64,000 bases of DNA, from positions 25,544,001-25,608,000 of the forward strand of contig CM126224.1 in assembly GCA_052327205.1 (NCBI GenBank). The letters are read 5' to 3'. This document shows, in pieces, positions 53,704 through 64,000 of this stretch (positions are counted from its first letter, which is position 1; each line of letters starts with the position of its first letter). The stretch comes from Somniosus microcephalus. Lineage: Eukaryota. A program made the translations under genes and the position numbers. Under the pieces are notes generated by a model. That model searched no databases, was not told where the DNA came from, and saw only the letters and a program-made list of their open reading frames with translations.

Positions 53704-56700
53704 TAAGAACATAAGAAATAGGAGCAGGAATAGGCCACTTGGCCCCTCGAGCCTGCTCTACCATTCAATAAGATCATGGCTGATCTTGGGCTCAAAGCCA
53801 CTTCCCAGCCCGCTCCCCATAACCCTTCACTCCCTTATCTTGCAAAAATCTGTCCATCTCCACCGTAAATGTATTTAGTGACCCAGCCTCCACGGCTCTC
53901 TGGGGCAGAGAATTCCACAGACTTACGACCCTCTGAGAGAAGAAATTCCTCTTCATCTCAGCTCTAAACGGGCGACCCTTTATTCTGAAACTATGCCCCC
54001 GAGTTCTAGATTTCCCCACGAGGGGAAACATCCTCTCTGCACCTACCTTGTCGAGCCCCCTCAGTATCTTATGTTTCAATACGATCATCTCTCATTCTTC
54101 TAAATTCCAGTGAGTATAGGCCCAGCCTGCTCAACCTTCATAAGTCAACCCCCTCATCTCTGGAATTAACCGAGTGAATCATCTCTGAACTGCCTCCAAT
54201 GCAAGTATATCCTTCCTTAAATAAGGAGACCAAAACTGTACGCAGTACTCAAGGTGTGGTCTCAACAATACCCTGTGCAGTTCAAGCAGGACTTTCCTGC
54301 TTTTATACTCCAACCCCTTGAAATAAAGGCCAACATTCCATTTGCCTTTTTGATTACTTGCTGTTACCTGCATGCTAACTTTTTGTGTTTCATGCACAAG
54401 GACCCCCACGTCCCTCTGAACCGTAGCATTTTGTAATCTCTCCATTTAAATAATAATTTGCTTTTTTATTTTTCTTGCCAAAGTGGATAACCTTGCATTT
54501 TCCCACATTATATTCCATCTGCCAAATGTTTGCCCACTTACTTAGCTTGTCTATATCCCTTTGCATGTTCTTTGAGTCTTCTGCACAACTTGCTTTCCCA
54601 CCCATCTTTGAATCATCCGTAAACTTGGCTACGTTACACTCTGTCCCTTCATCCAAGCCATTAATGTAGATTGTAAATAGTTGAGGCCCCAGCACCGATC
54701 CCTGTGGCACCCCACTAGTTACCGTTTGCCAACTGGAAAATGACCCATTTATCCCGACTCTCTGCTTTCTGTTAGTTAGCCAATTCTCTATCCATGCTAA
54801 TATATTACCCCCAACTCTGTGAGCTCTTATCTTATGCAGTAACCTTTTATGTGGCACCTTATCGAATGCCTTCTGGAAATCCAGATACACAACATCCACT
54901 GGCTCACCTTTGTCCACACTGCTCATTACATCCTCAAAGAAATCCAGCAAATTTGTTAAATGTGATTTCCCTTTCATAAAACCATGCTGACTCTGCTTGA
55001 CTGCATTATGATTTTCCAACTGCCCTGCTACTGCTTCCTTAATGAAGGACTCCAGCATTTTCCCAACGACAGGTGTTAGGCTAACTGGTCTATAGTTTCC
55101 TGTTTTCTGTCTCCCTCTTTTTTAAATAGGGGTGTTATATTTGCGGCTTTCCAATCCACTGGGACCTATTCAGAGTTCAGGGAATGTTGATATATTGCAA
55201 CCAATGCATCCACTATCTCTACAGCCACTTCTTTTAAGACCCTGGGATGCAGGCCATCTGGTCCAGGGGACTTGTCATCTTTTAGTCCCATTATTTTACC
55301 GAGTACTTTTTCCTTAGTGATAGTGATTGTCTTTAGTTCCCCCTCCCTGTGGCCCCTTGATTATCCATTATTGGGATGTTGTTCGTGTCTTCCACCATAA
55401 AGACAGATACAAAATATTTGTTCAGAGTCTCTGCCATTTCCCTGTTCCCCATTATTAATTCCACAGTCTCCTCCTCTGAGGGACCAACGTTTACTTTAGC
55501 TACTCTCTTCCTTTTTATATACCTGTAGAAGCTCTTGCTATCTGTTTTAATATTTCTTGCCACTTTACTCGCATAATTCATCTCTCTCCATTATTTTTTT
55601 TTGTCATCCTTTTCTGGTTTTTAAAAGTTTCCCAATCCTCTGGTCTCCCACCAATCTTGGCAACATTGTATGCCTTTGTTTTCAATTTGATACCATCCTT
55701 TACTTCCTTAGTTAGCTACGGATGGTGCTCCCTTCTCTTAAAATCTTTCTTTCTCACTGGAATATATTTTTGTTGAGAGTTATGAAATATCTCCTTAAAT
55801 GTCTGCCACTGCATTTCAACTGCCTTACCCTTTAATTTATTTTTCCAGTCCACTTTAGCCAGTTCTGCCCTCATGCCATTGTAATTGCCTTTGTTTAAGA
55901 TCAGGACACTGGTTTGCGAGACAACATTCTCACCCTCCAACAGAATTTGAAATTCAGCCATGCTATGATCACTCTTCCCTAGAGGATTCTTTACTATGAA
56001 ATAATTTATTAATTCTGTCTCATTGCGCAGTACCAGATCCAAGATAGCCTGCTCCCTGGTTGGTTCCATTACATACTGTTCTAGGAAACCATCCCGGATG
56101 CACTCTATGAACTCCTCCTCAAGGCCACCATGGCCATTTTGATTTGTCCAATCAATATGGAGATTAAAATCACCCATGATTATTACCGTACCTTTTTTTT
56201 AACAGGCCTCCATTATTTGTTGATTTATACTCTGTCCAACAGTATTGCTACTATTCGGGGGCCTGTAAACTACGCCCACCAAAGACTTTTTCCCCTTATT
56301 ATTTTTTACCTCCACCCAAACCGATTCTACATCTTGATCTTCTGAGTCGATAGCATTTATCACCACTGCACTGATCGCATCCTTTACCAACAAAGCCACC
56401 CACCTCCCTTTCCTTTCTGTCTATCCTTCCGAATTGTCAAATACCCTGGAATATTCAGTTCCCAGCCCTGGTCACCTTGCAACCATGTCTCTGTAATGGC
56501 GATCAGATCATACCCATTTGTATCTTTCTGTGCCGTCAACTCATCTATCTTGTTACGAATGTTGCGTGCATTCAGATATAGAGCTTTGAACTTTGTCTTT
56601 TTACCATTTCTCCTTGTTTTGACCCCATTTTCTGTTGCACTCTTATTTTTAAACATACTGGCCTAGAAATTGGGTTTTGGCGCAGCGACGGCTTTAGCGC

Positions 56701-57585
56701 CGGAAGTTAGTGCCGGAGCTAAGTCGCGCTGGGCGGGCCAAAAATTCACTAGTTCTGCGCCCAAACGGCTGCCAGCGCTGCTGAAAGCTGTTTGCGCCTG
56801 AAAACTGGCGCTACGCGCTGAATTGCGGCGCTATTCCGGCGCTGCGGCGCCCGCTGCGGTGCGGCAGGTTCGGGAAGTGCAGGCCTCCTCCTTCCCTTAA
56901 GGAGGAGCTGCCTGCACCCGGCCGCGGCCCGCGAAAATCATTGTAAAAATGAGCCCGGCACCTCGGACAAGTGCCGGGCTTGCATCTGTCCCGGGGGGGG
57001 GGGGGGGGGGGGAGAAGTCCGGGGAGGGAGCTGCGGCCGGCGGGAAAGCGGCCGGCCGCCGCGGGGCCTTTAATGCGCCGGCGCAAAGTCCAGTAAGGCA
57101 CCTCTGCCAGAACGTTGCTTGCAGCTGCCACGGGCGAGGCGGCCGCAAGTCAATTTCGGAGTTCGGGCGGGTTACCATGGCAACCGGGACACTGCGCACA
57201 CCGATGACGTCATCGGTGCCGGCGCAGCGCTAACGGCCTAACGCCGATTTAGGGACCCACTCAATTTCCAAACTGGCCATAACTCCGGCGCTAGGCCCTC
57301 TAGCGCCTCAAAAGCGGCGCTAAGCCTACCGAATTTCTAGGCCTCTGTCCCTTCCTGTCACTCTGGTTTCCCACATCTCTAAACTGCTTTATTGTTTTCT
57401 CATTTCTCATTGACTTTTTTAATTCCAGCTCACCTGGATCCCTCCCTTACCCCCCCCCCCCCCCCCAAACTATTTTTTAGTTTGAAGCCCTCTCTACAGC
57501 ACCTAGTTATTCGATTCACCAGGGCTCCAGCCCCAGCATGATTCAAGTGAAGCCCGTCCAAACGTAACAGCTCCCTCTTATCCCG
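53704..57585 (-). mobile_element. CR1 LINE, 5'-truncated: ORF1 C-terminus plus frameshifted ORF2 (APE endonuclease + RT) and 3' tail
   Basis: ORF fragments [73 protein letters not shown]1 esterase-type DGLHLN near 57550. Split over several frames. Confidence 0.95.
56660..57343. mobile_element. Second copy of the GC-rich Harbinger-type MITE, nested in a CR1
   Basis: TIR GGCCTAGAAATT / AATTTCTAGGCC, flanks ACT/TCT, colinear with 50443-51116. CR1 sequence resumes on both sides. Confidence 0.88.
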
Positions 57586-57589
57586 TTGC

Positions 57590-58490
57590 TGACTTTGAAG
57601 AATTTCCTGATATCAGTCCTAAATTTGCCTTTTATTAGTTTGAATCTGTATCTATATCTTACTCTCGCAATTTAAACTAGTGATATTCCAGATTTATCTT
57701 TTCCATTCCCTTAACTATGCTACTTATTTGTATCTGATCACCTCTTGGATGCCTCTTTTCCAGGATGAAAAGCCTAGGTTTCTCTAGTCGTTACTCATAA
57801 CACAGACCTTTGACACTGGGGACCAGCCTCATGGCTCTTCTATGTACTGCCTTCAGCACTTGATTGTCACCACTGTGTCTTGGCGATTAGAACTGGACAC
57901 CGAACTCGGTGTGGTCTGACCAGAGCACTGTACAGATTAGTCATGACTTCCTGACTTACATTCTACCGTTTTGGCTATGTAGTTCAGCCATCTATTTGAT
58001 TTGTTGATTGCTGCTCCGAATTAGTTGGACATGCTGAGCGTTGAGTCTGTTGAGATTCCTAGGTCTCTTTCAAGTTCATCCATAGCTATTTCAAGACCAT
58101 TCACAAAATATATGTATTGCTTAATATTTCTTCCTATGTGCAATACTTAACATTTGTGTGAATTAAATTTTATCTGCTGTTGTTCTGCTCAGTTACATAG
58201 TTGTCCAACTCACTGTAATCTCTCTTACGATAGCAAAACACTGCGGATGCTGGAAATCCGAAATAACACCAGAAAACGCTGGAAAAACTCAGCAGGCCAG
58301 GCAACATTCGTGGAGAGAGAGAAACAGTCAACGTTTCAGGTCGAAGACTCTGTTTCTCTCTCTCCACGGATGTTGCCTGGCCGCCTGAGTTTTCCCAGTG
58401 TTTTCTGGTGTAATCTCTCTTGGCTGCCAAGTTTTCTTAAATTCCTCAGCGGTTTTTCTAGCCTCTCTCGTTTGCATCTAATTCTTCATT
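57590..58490 (-). mobile_element. Old CR1 fragment
   Basis: agaactggacaccgaactcggtgtggtctgaccagagcactgtaca (LYSALVRPH..VQF reverse). Confidence 0.7.
58227..58408. mobile_element. Fold-back (inverted dimer) of the Penelope-like terminal repeat, 13-bp TSD, inserted in an old CR1
   Basis: About 60-bp inverted arms acaccagaaaacgctgg...gagagagaaacag / ctgtttctctctc...ccagtgttttctggtgt. Direct repeat TGTAATCTCTCTT at 58214-58226 and 58409-58421. Confidence 0.82.
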
Positions 58491-59554
58491 GCACTTCACT
58501 CCATGCAATTAAATTGCTTTTTTTAATGCCCCTAGTTGAAGAGAGTCTTATGATCAGTAGATACCGCAAAGAAAAATGCCAACACTGGTTAGGAAGACCC
58601 TATGTTTCAGAATATACCTCCTTCATTATTGGACAAATGGAGATGGGCAAAAGGTAAGGACAATAATGAAAGAGAAAGAAATGAGCAAGTGGAAGGGAAT
58701 TGGGCGGGGGAAGAAAATCTTGGTGAATTTAAAAAGATTTTTATAACGGAATAGAAATTAAAAGAGGAAAAGGGAAACTGCGAGAGAAATGAAAAACACG
58801 TTTGTCAGAAGGTTATGATGCAGTAAATATATAGCTGAGTTTGCAATATATTTATGAATGGTTCTAATTATTGACCCCTTTTCCAAGTAAAAATGGAATA
58901 CAGAAATATAGCTGCTTGTGAACATAAATTTTTTCAACCGAGTTACTACATTCAAATAAGATAATGTACACCATCTTAATTTTCTGGCCCTGTAGTTTTT
59001 ACATATTATAATTTTGTCAATTTTATACATCACTGATCTTCAGTATTGCTAGATAATACCACGTCAAAATATTAACGGCAAGATAAACATCATGATTGGA
59101 AACCTAAATTATGAGCACAAAAAACTGTATCTTTATGGTAGAATTTCATGCTTTCATGCTACTTGGTCACATGGGGATTGCATACTTTGAATTGTAGGTA
59201 TTGTCACAACTTACAAAAGCATTTCCGCATGTATTCTTCTTGCATTTTTTGGATTCAGCGATTGAGTTTGTATTTTCCTGTGACTGAATGCAGCGTTGCC
59301 GTGTGGGACATACTGCACAGAGATTCTTTTAGCACTGGGCGGTATTGTTCACAATGCAGTTTGACAGACTTCTAACTTTGGACCTCAAGACAGATTCTCT
59401 GAATACTAAAAATAGCGTGGCAGAGAAATTGGAGACTTATTTGAGATGCCCTTCAGTTTTAAAGGAGGGATGGTACATTGGGTAAAATGGCCGTCATAAT
59501 GTTTATTGGGGTCCTAGAGTGTTTGTTCTCTGCATCCTACTTGCCAATTAGTAA

Positions 59555-60172
59555 AGAAACAACTTGCATTTATATGGCTCCTCACATCCTCGGGACATCC
59601 CAAAGTGCTTCACAACCAATGGTGTACTTTGAAGTGTAGTCACTGTTGCAATGTAGGTAAATGCAACAGCCAGTTTGCACACAGCAAGGTTCCACAAACA
59701 GCTATGAGATAAATGACCAGATAATCTGTTTTGGTTGAGGGATAAATATTGGCCAGGACACTAGGAAAACTCCCCATCTCCTCTTCAAATAGTGCCATGG
59801 GATCTTTTACCTACACCTGAGGGAGGACAAGGTTTTGGTTTAACATCCCTGACATGAATCAACTGAGCGGCCTGCGGGTGGCACTGTCCAGGGAGAGTAT
59901 AAATGCACGGGCCCAGCTTGCACATGACATTCCTAACAGGAACTAGTGAAGGACACAACTAGACCTCCATGTTGTAAAACAGTTGATTAAAGCTTTGTTT
60001 AACGCTTAGACCAAGTGCCTAGTAGTTTTCTTACATCAGTCCCATCTAAAAGACAGCACATCTAACAGATCAGCACTCCTTCAGTACTGCACTGATGTAT
60101 TAGCCTAAGTTAGGTGCTCAAGTCTCTGGAGTGGGGCTGACTCGGGCGGAAAGTGTTACCACTGAGCCACAG
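59555..60172 (-). mobile_element. Deu-domain SINE split by a solo LTR
   Basis: Colinear with 3470-3896; ends ttaccactgagcca. Confidence 0.82.
59850..60038 (+). mobile_element. 189-bp solo LTR nested in a SINE
   Basis: TG...CA ends, 5-bp TSD ATCCC/GTCCC, TATAAAT at 59898 and ATTAAA at 59986. The SINE sequence is contiguous when it is removed. Confidence 0.68.
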
Positions 60173-60654
60173 CTGACGTTGGTTACAGTACAGATGTAGA
60201 TCTGGTTATGTGGTTGTACTGTACTTTTTTTTCCCTTGTGGTTAAATGTGCTGTAGAAAAACACTTGATGCACTCAGGCCTATAAGAAATGTATTGACCA
60301 TTGACAAATTTATAGCATTAAACAGAAAATGTTCTAGGAGCTGCTCGTTGGCATTTTCAGGGCATGTTGTTGACCTGATCTGCAATACATACCTCTCTTG
60401 GTGAGCCAGGGACCACCTTCCAAGTAATGTAAATGAGCATGGTTTACAATATTATGGTCCTCCATTTTATTGGAAACTGTCAACTAAAAAAAATTTGCAT
60501 TATAAACCATGCTGCCACAACCGGTTTATGCATTGATCTGCTCTATAATTAAGTAATGGGATTTGAGCAAATCCTCCTAAATGAGATTGATGAAGACTTT
60601 AGCTTTAGAATACTTTACTTTCTTTCATACATCTGTTTGAACATTGTCCTGATT

Positions 60655-61135
60655 TCATAGAATAGTACAGCACAGAAGGAGGCCATTCGGCCCATCGAGT
60701 CTGCACCGTTAGTCCCATTCCCCGCTCTTTCCCCTGCAATTTTTTCACCTTCAAGTATTTATCCAATTCCCCTTTGAAGGCTACTATTGAATCTGTATCC
60801 ACCACCCCATCAGGCAGTGCATTCCAAATCCTAACCATTCATTGCGTAAAAAAGTTTTTCCTCATGTCACCTCTGGTTCTTTTGCCAATCACCTTAAATC
60901 TGTGCCCTCTGATTATCGATCCTTCAGCCATTGGAAACAGTTTCTCTTTATTTACTCTATCTAAACCCTTCATGATTTTAAGCACCTCTGTCAAATCGCC
61001 TCTTCGCCTTCTCTGTTCCAAGGAGAACAACCCCAGCTTCTCTAATCTATCCACATAACTGTAATCCCTCATCCCTGGAACCATTCTGGTAAATCTCTTC
61101 TGTACCCTCTTCAAAGCCTTCACGTCCTTCCTGAA
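60655..61135 (-). mobile_element. CR1 LINE 3' fragment, same subfamily as 9827-10330
   Basis: KRVQKRFTRMVPGMRDYSY...; nearly colinear with 9827-10330. Confidence 0.92.
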
Positions 61136-62885
61136 GTTGCAGTTGCAGGCATCTCTTCGCTGCTGAAATTGGGAGCTTAGTTCAGATTGACATAAACTAT
61201 CATGTGAACAAAGTATTTCCACTTGCTGACCTGACGGTCAAGACCAGCTTGTCGGACCAAATTACACTGTTGATAGAGGTTCAGCGATTGGGGGTTACCC
61301 TTACCTTGAGTTTACTATGTACCCTTATTGTGCAGTTTGGATATATTATGATTTCATGGCCCATGGTGAAGAGTAATGATCACCCAAAAAGATAATTTTG
61401 TCATTTATGTGCTGCATGCAAGTGACTAAAATGATAAATAGTTTGAGTCTCATGTGCAAAAGTGTTTTCAAGTTATAATTTATAAATTTTTCGAAAAGCA
61501 CGAAAGAAAATCAAAATATTTTTAATACGTATATTTGTAGGCATTTCAGTGAAGAGTATATCAGGTACATGGAGAAAAATAAATAAAGGACACTGATCTA
61601 AAGCTATTCAGAGTCTTGCAAAGATTTCATGGAAAGAAAATGTGTTAGAATCCTTTAATGATTGCTAATTGTGCCGATCACATCTCGTGGCAAAACACCA
61701 ACACTGCACTACTTGTCTGGTTGCCCAATTTGTGTGGTTTAGATGCTTCCTTTAGTGTATTATTCAAATGTCTGTTGGACTTTCCAGTATACTGACTGCT
61801 GGGCACTGCTGTGGGCGAAGGAAGATCTCCGAAATGGAAACATAGGAAGAATGTGAGCGGAGACTGTTTCCTCTGCCTGAAATGTTGCTAATAGTTAGTA
61901 GAAGACCAAATGAATTTACAGATATTCCAAAGTTTCTCTGAGCTCCGTAGAATAAATGCTATTGACGGTGATTTTGTGAAGTTCCACTCAAAACTGCAAC
62001 ATTAGCTTGCACCTGTAGTGTTTAAAGCGACTTCTATACTCCTGATAGAATAACAGCAGCTCGTGCAATAGCCTCTGTATATTTGTGCCATTCCCTATTT
62101 TCTATGCTATATTTTATTTTGAGTATTAACTTTGTGCATAGGGGTGGAAAAGTTAACAAGTTCCTCATTCTGCCAGCAGCTTGTCTCTTTGTACCACCAG
62201 CCACAGCATTCTAAGTTTGTCTTCTGGCTGAAGTGTGTCTCATCTGTCAGCATGTTTCTATAAAGCTCATGTGTTCTGGTTGCCTGCTGTACTCGCAAGC
62301 CAAAAGATTGTAAATATTTATTAGTCTTCAAAATAAGATGCTAGCTAACCATTAAATATGGGTCTGGTCTATTTTGGAAGTGTTTTGTTCATAGTTAAAT
62401 AGATATTTAAAAACTCTTGTGTGCTCTGCTGAACATTGTGCTTTCTTAATGCTTAATAGCAGTCAGGTATTCTTGCATTTCAAATCTGTGAACCATGATG
62501 CAGTTTGCTTAGACAAGAGTGGGAATAACGCCAAGGGATATGTTGGCAAAAAAACTAGTTGCATGGTGGGTTTTCTCTTGTTTTCTGCCAAAGTCTGTGC
62601 TCTGCTTACAAACACTAATGCGAGGCTAATACGTTAACATGTAAGCTATTGCAATGTTAGATTTATTTATTTGAAGTTTTTCTTTTTTAAAACAAATTAG
62701 TTTGTTTTATATTTAAAAACAAACCCCTTTCTGGGATTTGTTTTGCTGCACAGTGCACTCTCTCTCGCCCAATCAGACTTTCCTTCCTCAGCGGGAGGTT
62801 ACTGCAGCCAGACCTAGACCACTGCAGTTACTTGACCATTGTCAATTTGACTTTTTCTTACATGCTTGCTATTTCTTCACTGCAG

Positions 62886-63062
62886 TGAAAATGTGGATGT
62901 CTACTGCCTTCATATTGCTGAGGACGATGGAGAAGTCGATGGAGATTTTCCACCATTAGATTCCAATGAGCCTATTCACAAGTTCGGCTTCAGTACGCTG
63001 GCACTAGTTGAGAAGTACTCACCGCCTGGGCTGGCAACAAAACAGTCTCTCTTTGTTCGGAT
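62886..63062 (+). CDS. MAPKAP1: MAPKAP1/SIN1 next internal coding exon (177 bp, phase 2 to 2), CRIM acidic loop
   Basis: Acceptor tttcttcactgcag, donor AT|gtaagt. AA+T across the junction restores Asn, then [58 protein letters not shown], continuing the SIN1 sequence in frame. Confidence 0.97.
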
Positions 63063-64000
63063 GTAAGTTTTAAAAAAATTAACCTTTTATTTCAACTTGG
63101 GCACGTCTTTCATTTTGTCCTACTGTATTTTGTTAAGAGCACATTGCAGAATGCAAATCCATTTGAATAGCTTTGTTAAATTTTCATTACGCATTTTAAG
63201 TTCTGTGTTTAACCAGTCAACTGATGTTCTACCATGTGTGAAATTTTGTTTTTAGAAATAGCAGCTAATATAGAACATCCTTTTTCTTAGCTGTGCAGAA
63301 CCTTGTGCAAATTTCCCAACTTGATCAAAATAAGCACATGTAAAAACAGCAATGCAACATGCATTATATTTTTTAAGCAGTTTAATCTGGGGGTGACATT
63401 CATGCGAGACTGATCTCGGTTTTATTTTGCTTTTAATTATAATTACTTAGGTTTCCTTTGCAGTGTTTATTTTGTACCATTCTTGCTGTTTCCTGAGATA
63501 TTGGAGAATTCTCTTAAGGATCTCTGCAGTTCATGTTTAACGGTCAGCAGCCAACTGTGCAAATATCTGTGGCCATGGTTTCTTAAAGATTTTAAAATGA
63601 TCCTTCTGATTTTACTCTCCGATTACAAACTCAAAACTAAGATCAACATTTGCTGTGATGGATTTTAGTTGTCCATATTGTTGGGTCATGCTTTTATATA
63701 ATTACCAAGTATTCACGTCAGTTTTAATTCAACATAAGGTCTTTGGAATACATTGGTTAGAACTACAACATTGATGTTGCCAATAGAAGTGTAGTTTTTG
63801 ATTACATATGTAAGTTAAATAAAGTAAGAGTAACAGACAATCGGAAAATAACTGTTGTATAATTAGCTGTTATAAATTTGTATTTAGGATTGAACAGAAT
63901 GTATTCTAGATGGTATTAGCTTAGTTTTGTTAGTACTGCTGCTGTTTTTTCCCCCTACCTATGTGACATTCTGTGATTGAAAAATCTGAAACAAATATAA

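Larger units (their letters stand above)
41592..62885 (+). other. MAPKAP1: MAPKAP1 intron, 21,294 bp, GT-AG, phase 2
   Basis: Joins the two exons in frame with no missing residues relative to recalled human SIN1. Confidence 0.93.

Noticed and set aside
56811-57233. Pro/Ala/Gly-rich ORFs, and a CpG-island gene promoter
   Set aside because: Entirely inside a TIR-bounded MITE duplicated at 50443-51116; low-complexity translations.
58154-58657. 167-aa ORF with self-similar translations on both strands
   Set aside because: Artefact of the fold-back palindrome inside an old CR1.
62866-63066. 66-aa ORF as a standalone gene
   Set aside because: It is the MAPKAP1 exon read with flanking intron; start and stop lie outside the splice sites.
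1-64000. CRISPR arrays, operons or prokaryotic defence systems
   Set aside because: Vertebrate intronic DNA with no regularly spaced repeat-spacer array or prokaryotic ORFs.

Overview
Eukaryotic, AT-rich and repeat-dense vertebrate DNA, most likely a shark or other elasmobranch, judging by the CR1/L2 LINEs and the HE1-like, Deu-domain and LF-SINE-like SINEs. The window lies inside MAPKAP1 (SIN1, an mTORC2 subunit) on the + strand. Two consecutive internal coding exons of the CRIM region are present (41419-41591 and 62886-63062), separated by a 21,294-bp GT-AG intron; I found no other exon. The introns hold decayed CR1 and L2 LINEs, SINEs, several MITE families (Harbinger-like with 3-bp TSD, pogo/Tigger-like with TA TSD, hAT-like with 8-bp TSD) and a solo LTR, often nested in each other. 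They also contain repeat-free blocks rich in PBX/HOX/MEIS motifs that look like conserved enhancers. The most notable signal is a Penelope-type terminal-repeat family carrying a minimal hammerhead ribozyme. One core is intact, and two ~200-bp fold-back insertions with 12-13-bp TSDs have their inversion points inside the ribozyme. Repeat family names come from recalled consensus features, not searches; boundaries of old repeats are approximate.
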